Below are positions 38,232 through 47,408 of a DNA stretch of 64,000 nt, one piece after another; position 1 is the first letter of the stretch, and each line of letters starts with the position of its first letter. Both the position numbers and the translations under genes were made by a program. The stretch comes from Thermoplasmata archaeon (GTDB lineage Archaea; Thermoplasmatota; E2; DHVEG-1): positions 13,312 to 77,311 of the forward strand of contig JAHWGK010000003.1 in assembly GCA_020054495.1 (NCBI GenBank), read 5' to 3'. The notes beneath the pieces are model-generated. The model did not search any database, was not told the DNA's origin, and saw nothing but the letters and a program-made list of their open reading frames with translations.

Positions 38232-40421
38232 ATGAAACTTATCTTTAAAGGAATTGTCCAAGGAGTTGGTTTTCGGCCGACTATTTATCGAATAGCAAAA
38301 CAGCTTGGTCTAAATGGATATGTTTTGAATAAAGGCTCTGAAGTAGAGGTAATCATTAACAAAAAGAAAGATGAGTTTATCAAGCAAGTTAAAGAACATC
38401 TTCCTTCAATTGCAAACATAACAGAAATAATTGAAGAAAAAGATGATAGAAACTTTGATAATTTTCAAATACTACATAGTGAAAAAGGAGAAAGAGAATC
38501 CTTAATTCCACCTGATGTTGGTATTTGTAAAGATTGTTTAATTGAGCTTTTTGATGAAGGCGATAAAAGGTATTTGTTTCCTTTTACAAATTGTACAGTT
38601 TGTGGTGCAAGATACAGTCTTGTAAAAGACGTTCCTTATGATAGAGAAAGAACTGCAATGGGAGATTTTAAACTCTGTGAATCTTGTGAAAAAGAATACA
38701 AATCTCCATTAAATCGACGTTACCATGCACAAACAATTTCATGCCCGATTTGTGGACCAAAGTATAAATTGTTTGATAAAGATAAGAAGTACCTTGGAGA
38801 AAAACAGGCGATTAAAAGATTTGCACGTCAAATTGACACAGGAAAAATTGGTGTTATAAAATCCTGGGGCGGTATGCATCTTTGTTGTAATATTTCTGAA
38901 ATTAGTCGATTTAGACCGTGGTATGGCCGTCCACAAAAACCTTTTGCGCTGATGGTTAAGGACATTGAAACTGCAAAAAAATATGCTGAGATAACAGAAG
39001 ATGAGAGAAAAATATTACTTTCAAAAAGTAGACCAATTGTTTTAGCTAATAAGATTGGTGCTGAAGAAGCATCTCCGGGATTAAATACGATTGGGCTGTT
39101 TTTGCCTTACACTGGCTTGCATCATTTTCTTTTTTCATATTTAAAATCAGATGCACTTGTGATGACGTCCTCAAATGTGCCTGGCGAGGCAATGATTACT
39201 ACAGATGAAGAAGCGTTTTCTATTGATGCAGATATTTATCTTTTACATAATCGAAGTATTCCAAATAGGGTTGATGACTCTGTAGTAAGGGTGTGGAATG
39301 GAAATACTTTTTTTATTAGAAAATCTAGAGGGTATGTTCCAGAGCCTATTGCTGTAAACTATACCAAGAGGATTTTAAGTGTTGGCGCTGGTGAAAATAT
39401 AACTGGTGCAATTTCCCACGATAAATTTGTATATGCAACTCAGTACATTGGTAATTCAAAATACTATTCTACCCTAGAATTCTTAGAGGAAAGTTTACGT
39501 CACTTGATGAAACTTACCTCAAAGGAACAAAAAATTGATGCTGTTGTTCAGGATTTACACCCAGGTTACGATTCAAGAAAAGTTGCAGAAAAGTTCTCTG
39601 ATGAATATTCGGCACCCCTTTTTGATGTCCAGCATCACTGGGCTCATGCAGCGTCACTTTTAGTAGACAACAATATTGATGAAAGCGTAGTATTAACACT
39701 TGATGGGCTCGGTTATGGCAGTGATGGATCTTTCTGGGGGGGCGAAGTCCTTGTTTCTGACTTTAAAGATTTTGAACGAGTAGGACATCTTGAAGATATT
39801 CCATTATTAGGTGGTGATCAGGCTTCACGTGATCCACGAAGACTTGTTTTTGCAATTTTTAAGAAATTTGGTGAGGAGAAATATTTCATGGATAATGAGG
39901 CAATGATACTTTCTAAAATGATGGATAAAGCACCCCGATCCAGTAGCTTTGGTAGAATTCTTGATGCACTTTCTTGTTATCTAAATATTTGCACAAAACG
40001 AACTTATGACGGCGAGCCTGCAATGAAGCTGGAAAAATATCTGGCAAATGGCAAACCAACTTATTCTTTTGATGCTGAAGTGAAGAATGGTACAATCGGC
40101 ACTGTCGATCTCTTCAGACAGCTTGATGAGACGATAGATAAACCTCTTACTGAAAAGGATAAAGCAAATTATGTTCATTCTATGGTAAAAATAGTTATTG
40201 ATAAACTTTCAGATATCGCAATTGTACATGCGGAAAGAAGAGATATTAAAACCATTGGTTTAACCGGAGGAATTTCCTATAATATTCCCATTACAGAAAT
40301 GGTTGAAAAACAAGTTAATAAAACAGATTTGAAACTGATTGTTCATAACAGTGTCCCTAATGGAGATGGTGGTATTGCAATTGGGCAAAATGCTATAATT
40401 GGTCATAAATTAATTTCTTAA
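38232..40421 (+). CDS. hypF: Carbamoyltransferase HypF
   Basis: Acylphosphatase domain (GIVQGVGFRP), two zinc-finger pairs (CKDC...CTVCGARYS and CESC...CPICGP), then YrdC-like and Kae1-like domains. Confidence 0.95.
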   Translation: MKLIFKGIVQGVGFRPTIYRIAKQLGLNGYVLNKGSEVEVIINKKKDEFIKQVKEHLPSIANITEIIEEKDDRNFDNFQILHSEKGERESLIPPDVGICKDCLIELFDEGDKRYLFPFTNCTVCGARYSLVKDVPYDRERTAMGDFKLCESCEKEYKSPLNRRYHAQTISCPICGPKYKLFDKDKKYLGEKQAIKRFARQIDTGKIGVIKSWGGMHLCCNISEISRFRPWYGRPQKPFALMVKDIETAKKYAEITEDERKILLSKSRPIVLANKIGAEEASPGLNTIGLFLPYTGLHHFLFSYLKSDALVMTSSNVPGEAMITTDEEAFSIDADIYLLHNRSIPNRVDDSVVRVWNGNTFFIRKSRGYVPEPIAVNYTKRILSVGAGENITGAISHDKFVYATQYIGNSKYYSTLEFLEESLRHLMKLTSKEQKIDAVVQDLHPGYDSRKVAEKFSDEYSAPLFDVQHHWAHAASLLVDNNIDESVVLTLDGLGYGSDGSFWGGEVLVSDFKDFERVGHLEDIPLLGGDQASRDPRRLVFAIFKKFGEEKYFMDNEAMILSKMMDKAPRSSSFGRILDALSCYLNICTKRTYDGEPAMKLEKYLANGKPTYSFDAEVKNGTIGTVDLFRQLDETIDKPLTEKDKANYVHSMVKIVIDKLSDIAIVHAERRDIKTIGLTGGISYNIPITEMVEKQVNKTDLKLIVHNSVPNGDGGIAIGQNAIIGHKLIS

Positions 40422-40468
40422 ATAACTAAAGCAACTTTTAATAATGAATTTCTTATCGTTGATGTGAT

Positions 40469-40717
40469 ATGGGTAAAACAAGAGATTTAATTCAAATTCT
40501 AATAATTGTTATAATTGGGATGTTTATACCATTCCTTGGTTCAATTTTAATAACTTTTGGATTAGACGTTACAAAACTAGATGATTTACTAAAAGTGGGT
40601 TCAACGTTTGGCTGGTTTTTATTAATCTTTGGAGTCGAACTTGGTGTTGTATATCTTTACTATCATATAACAAACAAAATTGCAGATAAAAAATTAGATA
40701 ATTACAAGCCAAAATGA
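40469..40717 (+). CDS. Small 2-TM membrane protein (82 aa)
   Basis: Two clear hydrophobic helices; no family recognised. Confidence 0.4.
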   Translation: MGKTRDLIQILIIVIIGMFIPFLGSILITFGLDVTKLDDLLKVGSTFGWFLLIFGVELGVVYLYYHITNKIADKKLDNYKPK

Positions 40718-40766
40718 TATAACTAGTTATTATGTTATATGGACAAAAATAGCGGAGGTAATAATT

Positions 40767-40901
40767 ATGTCATTAGGTTGTGCAACATGTTGCGTTTGTG
40801 GGGAAGAACACGGTTTAGACGATATTGAACATATTGAAACAAAAGGAGAGACAAGAAAAATCTGTAAAGGGTGTGCAACAGCAATAAAAGGAATTATTTA
40901 A
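40767..40901 (+). CDS. Unannotated 44-aa zinc-ribbon-like protein
   Basis: Translates to MSLGCATCCVCGEEHGLDDIEHIETKGETRKICKGCATAIKGII. CxxC...CxxC arrangement. GGAGGT lies 7 nt before the ATG. It falls below the ORF-track length cutoff. Confidence 0.5.
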   Translation: MSLGCATCCVCGEEHGLDDIEHIETKGETRKICKGCATAIKGII

Positions 40902-41593
40902 ATCTTTTTTCTATTCAATTTTTGTTTTATTTTTTCACTTGTTAATTCTCTTATTGCATCAGATGCAATCCATCTGGCACTTTTTGAATCAACTTTTTGA
41001 ATTTCTCTTGCGATTTCAATTGCTTTCTTATTCATTGTAATATTTCTCTTCCCTATATTTCTTAATGCCCAATTTACTGCTTTTTTCACATAATTACGCT
41101 CGTCAGTTGACTCTTTTTTTATTAGTGTCAAAAATTCCTCAAATTTTGAGTCATCCTCTTTTTTATCATGAACTGCTAACCAAGCCATTATTGAAAATCC
41201 TGCTCTTTTTTGAAATTCTTCTGTTCTTTGAGTCCATTCTTTTGCTTTTTTATATGCAAAAGGTGTTTTATCAAAAAAATGACCACAACAGTGATCGCAT
41301 ATGTCCCAAGAATCAAAATCATTAACCCATTTGTCTACCTGATCTTCAGATACGTTTTCTGGATTTTCAATACATGCAGCAACCATTCTAGCATCACGGA
41401 TGCCAGAATTCCATAGTCTTACTGCAAGATCATGGTTTTTACCAATCGTTTTTGCGAAATTCCTAAGAGTTGTTACAGAATTTCCGAGATTATTCTCTGT
41501 TTTTATTCCAAAACGTCCCATTCCTTCAATGTTTTTTGGGTCGCCCATTTTTTTTAATTGCTCTATAACTTCGTTATAATTCATGTTAAACAA
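40898..41593 (-). CDS. DNA alkylation repair protein (AlkD-like HEAT-repeat family)
   Basis: LW.S...DARM.A......DKWV.DFDSWDICD......F and NYVKKAVNWALRNIGKRN patterns. Confidence 0.65.
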   Translation of the reverse strand: MFNMNYNEVIEQLKKMGDPKNIEGMGRFGIKTENNLGNSVTTLRNFAKTIGKNHDLAVRLWNSGIRDARMVAACIENPENVSEDQVDKWVNDFDSWDICDHCCGHFFDKTPFAYKKAKEWTQRTEEFQKRAGFSIMAWLAVHDKKEDDSKFEEFLTLIKKESTDERNYVKKAVNWALRNIGKRNITMNKKAIEIAREIQKVDSKSARWIASDAIRELTSEKIKQKLNRKKI

Positions 41594-41614
41594 ACCAAAT
41601 TTTCTGACTGATTT

Positions 41615-42694
41615 TTATTTCTCTGAATACCGATACTCAATATTACAGCACCCCTCGATACTTACCATACAAGGACCAACAGGTGTCTCTGGGGTACAGG
41701 CCTGTCCAAATAATGGGCATTCAAATGGCGATGCTAATCCTCTAAGTAACTCCCCGCATTTACATCCTTCAGGCTCCATGAGCTCTTTGTCTTTAAGTTC
41801 TTCTAATTCAATTTCATATTTCTTACGGGCATCATATTTCTCAAAATCATCACGTAACGTCAGTCCTGATTTAGGAATAACAGGGAAACCTCGCCATTTT
41901 ATATCCATCGGCTTAAAGACTTTTTTTATTACCTGTTTAGCTTTGATATTCCCATTCTCATGGACTACACGGGTGTACTCATTTTCAACAGAAGCTTCAT
42001 CTTTTTCAATCTGCTGAACTAGCATCCATGCTCCCATTAAAAGATCAATCGGCTCAAAACCTGTAATAACTTGTGGAACATGATAATCTTTAGAAAGAAA
42101 TTCATAAGGTTTAGTTCCAATAATTGTGGAAACATGACCTGGTTCAATTAAACCGTTTATCTTTATCTCGCCCATTTTAATAATTGCCCTTAAAGCCTCA
42201 GGTATCGTTCTATGACAACATAGAATTGAAAAGTTACTAGGAGGGTCCCTTAGTAAAACAGAAGCAGTTGTAGGTGCTGTGGTTTCAAAACCAACAGCCA
42301 TGAAAACAACATCTAAATCTTTGTTATTTTTAGCAATATCAACTGCGTCTTCTATACCATATACAGTTCGAACATCACATCCTTCTTCCTTCATGCTGCG
42401 TAAGGATTGTGTTTCGCCGGGGACATTAATCATATCCCCAAAAGATGTAACAGTTTTGCCTTTTCTAGCAAGCAAAAGCATCTCTTCAATTTCCATTGGG
42501 GTTGTAACACAAACTGGACAGCCGGGTCCTTGCCCAATTTCTATGCCACAATTTCTAAGCAATACATCAAGGCCATGTTTAACCAGAGTATCTTGATGTG
42601 TACCACATACATGCATAAATTTAAGTTTAACATCTGATTTTTTTATCTTTGAGACGATATCTTGAGCCAGCTTTCTATCCTTCAGTGAAAACAC
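41615..42694 (-). CDS. hypD: Hydrogenase maturation protein HypD
   Basis: GPGCPVCVT and GFETTAP motifs, plus a C-terminal Cys cluster (PETPVGPCMVSIEGCC). The GTG start overlaps the hypC stop by 1 nt. Confidence 0.95.
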   Translation of the reverse strand: MFSLKDRKLAQDIVSKIKKSDVKLKFMHVCGTHQDTLVKHGLDVLLRNCGIEIGQGPGCPVCVTTPMEIEEMLLLARKGKTVTSFGDMINVPGETQSLRSMKEEGCDVRTVYGIEDAVDIAKNNKDLDVVFMAVGFETTAPTTASVLLRDPPSNFSILCCHRTIPEALRAIIKMGEIKINGLIEPGHVSTIIGTKPYEFLSKDYHVPQVITGFEPIDLLMGAWMLVQQIEKDEASVENEYTRVVHENGNIKAKQVIKKVFKPMDIKWRGFPVIPKSGLTLRDDFEKYDARKKYEIELEELKDKELMEPEGCKCGELLRGLASPFECPLFGQACTPETPVGPCMVSIEGCCNIEYRYSEK

Positions 42695-42927
42695 TAAGTC
42701 CCCTCCTCACTAGAAAGCATTTCTCTGAATAGATCAAGGGTTTCCTGCGCTTCTTTTTCATTAAGCACTTCTATTGCAAAACCAGCATGAACAAGGACAT
42801 AACCGCCAACTTTTACTTCTACAAGAGTAACATTAACTTTACGTTTGGTTCCATCTCCGTAATCGACGGCTGCATGTTCTTTATTCTTGTCAATTTCTAT
42901 TATTTTACCAGGTATTGCTAGACACAC
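42694..42927 (-). CDS. hypC: Hydrogenase maturation protein HypC
   Basis: MCLAIPGKIIEI N-terminus; 77 aa. Confidence 0.9.
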   Translation of the reverse strand: MCLAIPGKIIEIDKNKEHAAVDYGDGTKRKVNVTLVEVKVGGYVLVHAGFAIEVLNEKEAQETLDLFREMLSSEEGT

Positions 42928-43039
42928 AACTTTGCGTTTATCTTCTAATGTATTATAAATTTTCTCTCAAGTTAAACAGTTAAAGCTATATATAACGACA
43001 TGTTTAGACCGCTAAATCTACAAAAAGGTCGGAGAATAT

Positions 43040-44563
43040 ATGAAAGAATTAGAAAAAACATCATCTGTCTGTCCGGCATGTTTTCAGGAGGGGAAAATCC
43101 AGAAAATAGATGCTAAAATTATTGAGCAAGATGGAAAAGTATACATTAGCAAAGAATGCAAAGAACATGGTTCTTTTAAAGATATCTATTTTTCGGATGC
43201 TGACCTCTATAAAAAATGGATGAAATATAAAGTTACAGGAAATCCTGCCCCTGATGTTAAAACAAAAATATTTGATGAACCCGCACTTTATGATGAGCAC
43301 AAATCCCAGAGTGTTCTTACGAACCTTTTACTCACCAATAGATGTAATTTAAGATGTAGTTATTGTTTCATGAATGCTGGGGCCGCTGGAAAGGTCTACG
43401 AGCCGACGTTAGATCAAATTAGAGATTTAATGATTCAAGCAAGAAACGAACGACCCATGGGGTCTAAAGCACTTCAGCTAACCGGTGGTGAACCCACTAT
43501 TAGAGATGACCTAATCGATATTATAAATATGGCAAAAGAAGTTGGTTTTTCTCACGTTCAAGTTAACACTAATGGTTTGAGACTTGCTGATAGCGCTGAA
43601 TATTGTAAACAGCTTAAAGAAGCAAAAGTCAACACTATTTATATGAGTTTTGATGGAGTTACAAAAGAGACCAATCCATGGATCGAACAAAACAAAAAAG
43701 CCATAGAGAATCTAAGGAAAATAGGCCTAAAAATAGTCCTAGTGCCTGTTTTAATTGGAGATAAAAATCTTCACGAAGCAGGTAAAATAGTTCGATTTGC
43801 TTTGGACAATATGGATATAATCCGAGGAATTAACTTCCAACCCGTTTCGTTTTGTGGAAGAATTACAAAAATTAAAGATGAAAAGCGAGAAAAACAGCGG
43901 GTGGACTATGTTAAAATGATGGAATCCCTAGAAAAAGAATTCGATGGTCAGATATCAAGAGACGATTTCTTTCCTGTTCCATTTGTATTTCCAATTTCAA
44001 AACTCATTGAATTGTTAAAAGGAGAAACTCAGGTTGAGTTCACTGCTCATCCTGGTTGTGGGGGTGCCACATATATCTTTATGGACGATGGAAAAGCTAT
44101 ACCTGTGACACGATTCATTAATGTAAATGGATTACTTAATTTCATTGAAAAGGAAAGTAAAATCAAAGGCCCCCTAAAAAAATTAAGAATTGCTTCAGCT
44201 TTCTTAAAAAACATTGATAACTTTGTAGATTATGAAAAAGCACCAAAGGGTTTTAACTTAAAAAAACTCTTGAAAGATGCGGCAATAGGTGGGAGTTATG
44301 ATTCCTTACGTGAATTCCATTACAAGAGTTTGTTTATTGGATCTATGTGGTTCCAGGATGCTTTTAATCTTAATGTCGATCGCCTTGAGCGTTGCGTCAT
44401 TCATTATACGACGCTTGAGGGAATCGTGCCATTCTGTACATATAATGGTCTTGGCATCGGAAATAAAATCCGTGATAAATACTCTGTTTCAATTAAAGAA
44501 TGGGAGAAACAAACTGGCAAGAAAATCAAAGATGATCTAAGAAAAGATGTTCCATTAACATAG
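43040..44563 (+). CDS. Radical SAM protein, probable tetraether lipid synthase (Tes/GDGT-MAS, COG1964-like)
   Basis: N-terminal rubredoxin-like CPAC...CKEHG, NRCNLRCSYCF radical SAM motif and a length of about 500 aa. The radical SAM call is firm; the Tes assignment is from memory of the family architecture. Confidence 0.55.
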   Translation: MKELEKTSSVCPACFQEGKIQKIDAKIIEQDGKVYISKECKEHGSFKDIYFSDADLYKKWMKYKVTGNPAPDVKTKIFDEPALYDEHKSQSVLTNLLLTNRCNLRCSYCFMNAGAAGKVYEPTLDQIRDLMIQARNERPMGSKALQLTGGEPTIRDDLIDIINMAKEVGFSHVQVNTNGLRLADSAEYCKQLKEAKVNTIYMSFDGVTKETNPWIEQNKKAIENLRKIGLKIVLVPVLIGDKNLHEAGKIVRFALDNMDIIRGINFQPVSFCGRITKIKDEKREKQRVDYVKMMESLEKEFDGQISRDDFFPVPFVFPISKLIELLKGETQVEFTAHPGCGGATYIFMDDGKAIPVTRFINVNGLLNFIEKESKIKGPLKKLRIASAFLKNIDNFVDYEKAPKGFNLKKLLKDAAIGGSYDSLREFHYKSLFIGSMWFQDAFNLNVDRLERCVIHYTTLEGIVPFCTYNGLGIGNKIRDKYSVSIKEWEKQTGKKIKDDLRKDVPLT

Positions 44564-44580
44564 ATATAACTTATCAATTT

Positions 44581-44932
44581 TTAATGGTGAAACAATGTCG
44601 TTACTAGCCACATTATTAGTACCCCACAAATGAAAATTAACATTGTCGCCATAGATTTTTTTATATCAAGTTCTTTCTTTATTTCAGGAACTAAATCTGT
44701 GGCTGCTATGTATAAAAGCACCTGCTGCAAAGGGCAATAAGAATACAACAGCTTGCTCAACATTTTTAGATATAAAATACCCAACAATTCCAGCTGCAAC
44801 AATTGTCAGGGCAACCATGAAATTCAGAGCTATAGCCTTTTTCTTTTCAAAACCACCATAGATTAAAACACCAAAATCACCTATTTCTTATGGAATCTCA
44901 TGTGCAGCAATTGCAAAGGCTGTTGTAATACC
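44581..44932 (-). pseudogene. ZIP-family metal transporter, C-terminal fragment with a nonsense codon and a frameshift
   Basis: Reverse strand reads GITTAFAIAAHEIP(TAA)EIGDFGVLIYGGF...LLPFAAGAF. A frame change in a T-run follows, then YIAATDLVPEIKKEL...(stop). HEIPQEIGDF is the expected ZIP motif. The N-terminal half is absent. Confidence 0.6.
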
Positions 44933-44935
44933 AAG

Positions 44936-45376
44936 TTATGTTGACGCGATAAAACTTGCTGATATGATCATTGGAAAATGTCTCTGAAGATTACGGGCAG
45001 TAGGGATAATAAAATCTGATATTAGATAACCATCATTCATTAGTCTGTTTAACAGTTTAATACCGTTCTGTCGTAGGATGTGATTTCCTTGTAATCTATG
45101 TCCTTTTAACTCTCTTGTAAAATTAGATACTGTGCCAATATTCAATCCATATCTCTGTGCGGCTTCTGCTTTTGTATGTCCTTCTTTAATTGCTTCAATC
45201 ACTTTATTTTTTGTTTCAACAGGGATTTTTCTTGATTGGTAAAGATATTTACATCTATTATAGCTTGTAGAACGATGTGCACCAAATTTTTCAGCTAATT
45301 CTTTGATTTCAACTCATTCTTCTATGAGATTAGCAATCCTTTCACAATCTTCTTTTGTAAGTTTCGCTTTTATCAT
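44936..45376 (-). pseudogene. Double-HTH small protein gene interrupted by an in-frame TGA
   Basis: MIKAKLTKEDCERIANLIEE(TGA at 45314-45316)VEIKELAEKFGAHRSTSYNR...EAIKEGHTKAEAAQRYGLNIGTVSNFTRE... GGA (Gly) would fit the HTH pattern at the stop. No DDE domain is present. Confidence 0.45.
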
Positions 45377-45447
45377 CAATTGAAAAAGCGAAATTGATAG
45401 TATTTAAAGATAATGAAAAATAAAAAAATGTATAGTTATAAAGAATG

Positions 45448-46104
45448 TTAAAGGAAATAAAAATTATTTCCGTCTCTACCTAAAGTAAAGGGTTCCGTAG
45501 CAATATCAACAGTAAAACTAGTTTCGTCAAAGTTCATGCTTCTAAAAGCCGCGTATACATCCATGGTTCCTTCTTCGATATTTGACCACCCTATTTCCTG
45601 ATAGTCTTCTGGAGCAATATCATTTAGCCAACTTTCCCATGTTTTTTCATCATCTCCCCATATCTCTAAATAAGTATTATTCTCATATAATGTTATTTTA
45701 TATTCCCAGGCATGGTGTTCTCCTTTCGCGTCATCCCATACTGCTGAGCCCCAATTATTTGGGTTAGGTACAGGTAAATAGCCTTCCCAACTTCCAACGT
45801 GAAATAAAGGTACATAAATATCGCCCATACATACATCACCAGGAAACGTCACATCTGCTCTCCAAGAAAATGTTATTGATAAAGGTTCTTCTTGATTTAT
45901 TTCTCCTCTACAGTAAAGCGTTCCACAAGATTCTTCACTCTCTGAAGAAGGCGGCTCTGTACCACTAAGTGGTATTAATACTGACTCTACCACAGAAATT
46001 TTTTGTTCTGCTATTATTTGTTCATTACATCCACTTAATCCAACAGCCAATAGCAAAATAGTTATCCCAATTATCAACAGTTTTTTCCTCATTTTCCTCC
46101 TCAA
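45448..46104 (-). CDS. Secreted putative lipoprotein (hypothetical)
   Basis: Signal peptide ending in a lipobox-like LSGC; no family recognised. Confidence 0.45.
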   Translation of the reverse strand: MRRKMRKKLLIIGITILLLAVGLSGCNEQIIAEQKISVVESVLIPLSGTEPPSSESEESCGTLYCRGEINQEEPLSITFSWRADVTFPGDVCMGDIYVPLFHVGSWEGYLPVPNPNNWGSAVWDDAKGEHHAWEYKITLYENNTYLEIWGDDEKTWESWLNDIAPEDYQEIGWSNIEEGTMDVYAAFRSMNFDETSFTVDIATEPFTLGRDGNNFYFL

Positions 46105-46195
46105 ACCACAATATCATAACATCTTTTTCTTTAAAAAACCAATCCCAAGGTTTGTTCATAATTCTATTTTACCTTCTTTGTTACAAATTTTAATT

Positions 46196-46603
46196 CTATT
46201 TATATGGAATTAAACATAACAGCTTAAGTGTGTCCTCTGCAGTGTTTATAAACTGATGCCATTCCATAGAAGGAACAAATATTACATCTCCTTGTTTAAA
46301 CGGTTTTTCATTGATTTTATCTCGGGTAACACCATTTCCTTCAAGGATAAATACTTCATGTTCCCAGTCGTGTTGATGCAATGGCGAGTGGCCATTTGGC
46401 TGTATCTCAAAAAGGCGCATAGCAAAATTTTCTGCTCCATCCTTTTTTGAAATGAGCCACCGTACTCTCAAATCTTTTATTCCTTCTTCATCTGGTTCTT
46501 CTAAATCAACTTCTGTATAATGTACCTGTTTCACAAGATCACCAACATCTTCCTTTTCTTTTAGGACGAATAGCCGTTCTACATAAAAGATTAATCTTAT
46601 CAT
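46196..46603 (-). CDS. Cupin domain protein
   Basis: [18 protein letters not shown]....G.....[12 protein letters not shown]. The start is uncertain. Confidence 0.6.
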   Translation of the reverse strand: MIRLIFYVERLFVLKEKEDVGDLVKQVHYTEVDLEEPDEEGIKDLRVRWLISKKDGAENFAMRLFEIQPNGHSPLHQHDWEHEVFILEGNGVTRDKINEKPFKQGDVIFVPSMEWHQFINTAEDTLKLLCLIPYK

Positions 46604-46627
46604 GCTGTAAGATATTCATGGTTACAT

Positions 46628-47392
46628 ATGAAAATCCTATCGTGGAATGTAAATGGAATACGTGCTGCTGATAGAAAAGGATTATTTGACTGGTTTAAAA
46701 AAGAGGCACCAGATGTTCTCTGTTTACAAGAGATTAAAGCCATGCCAGAACAAGTACCTCCACATCTGAGAAACACGCCGGGATATATCGTTAATTTTAA
46801 TTCGGCAGAACGAAAAGGTTACAGTGGAGTAGCAACATTCACAAAAAAAAAGCCTATTAATGTGAAAAAAGGATTTGGAATTGAAAAATTTGATGTTGAA
46901 GGCAGAACTCTAATAACTGAATTTCCATCCTTTATATTGTTCAATATTTACTTTCCAAATGGTAAAAAAAACCAGGAGCGGCTAGATTACAAACTAGATT
47001 TTTATGATACATTCCTTGGCTATGCTGATAATCTAAAAGCAGAGGGGAAAAATATTGTAGTCTGTGGGGATTTTAATACTGCTCATAAAGAAATAGATCT
47101 TTCACGGCCTAAAGAAAACGGAAAAATATCTGGTTTTTTACCAATTGAACGGGCTTGGATAGATACGTTCATTGACCATGGATACGTAGACGCGTTTAGG
47201 CATTTTAATAAAGAACCAAATCAGTATTCTTGGTGGGATTTAAAATCTAGGGCGCGTGAAAGAAATGTCGGATGGAGAATAGACTACTTCTTTGTCAATA
47301 AAGAATTCATGTCACATGTCAAAAAAGCATTTATTCTACAGGATGTTATAGGTTCTGACCATTGTCCTGTTGGCATAGAAATTGAGGTTTAA
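46628..47392 (+). CDS. xth: Exodeoxyribonuclease III
   Basis: [20 protein letters not shown], and C-terminal GSDHCPV. Confidence 0.9.
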   Translation: MKILSWNVNGIRAADRKGLFDWFKKEAPDVLCLQEIKAMPEQVPPHLRNTPGYIVNFNSAERKGYSGVATFTKKKPINVKKGFGIEKFDVEGRTLITEFPSFILFNIYFPNGKKNQERLDYKLDFYDTFLGYADNLKAEGKNIVVCGDFNTAHKEIDLSRPKENGKISGFLPIERAWIDTFIDHGYVDAFRHFNKEPNQYSWWDLKSRARERNVGWRIDYFFVNKEFMSHVKKAFILQDVIGSDHCPVGIEIEV

Positions 47393-47408
47393 TTCTAGGG
47401 GAATATAT

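Noticed and set aside
45314-45316. Possible TGA recoding (Trp/Sec) in the HTH ORF
   Set aside because: TGA is used as the stop of many well-conserved genes here, for example 5827-5829, 21751-21753 and 23889-23891. A Gly codon (GGA) fits the HTH pattern, and the neighbouring ZIP gene is also decayed. A nonsense mutation or a sequencing error is the simpler explanation.
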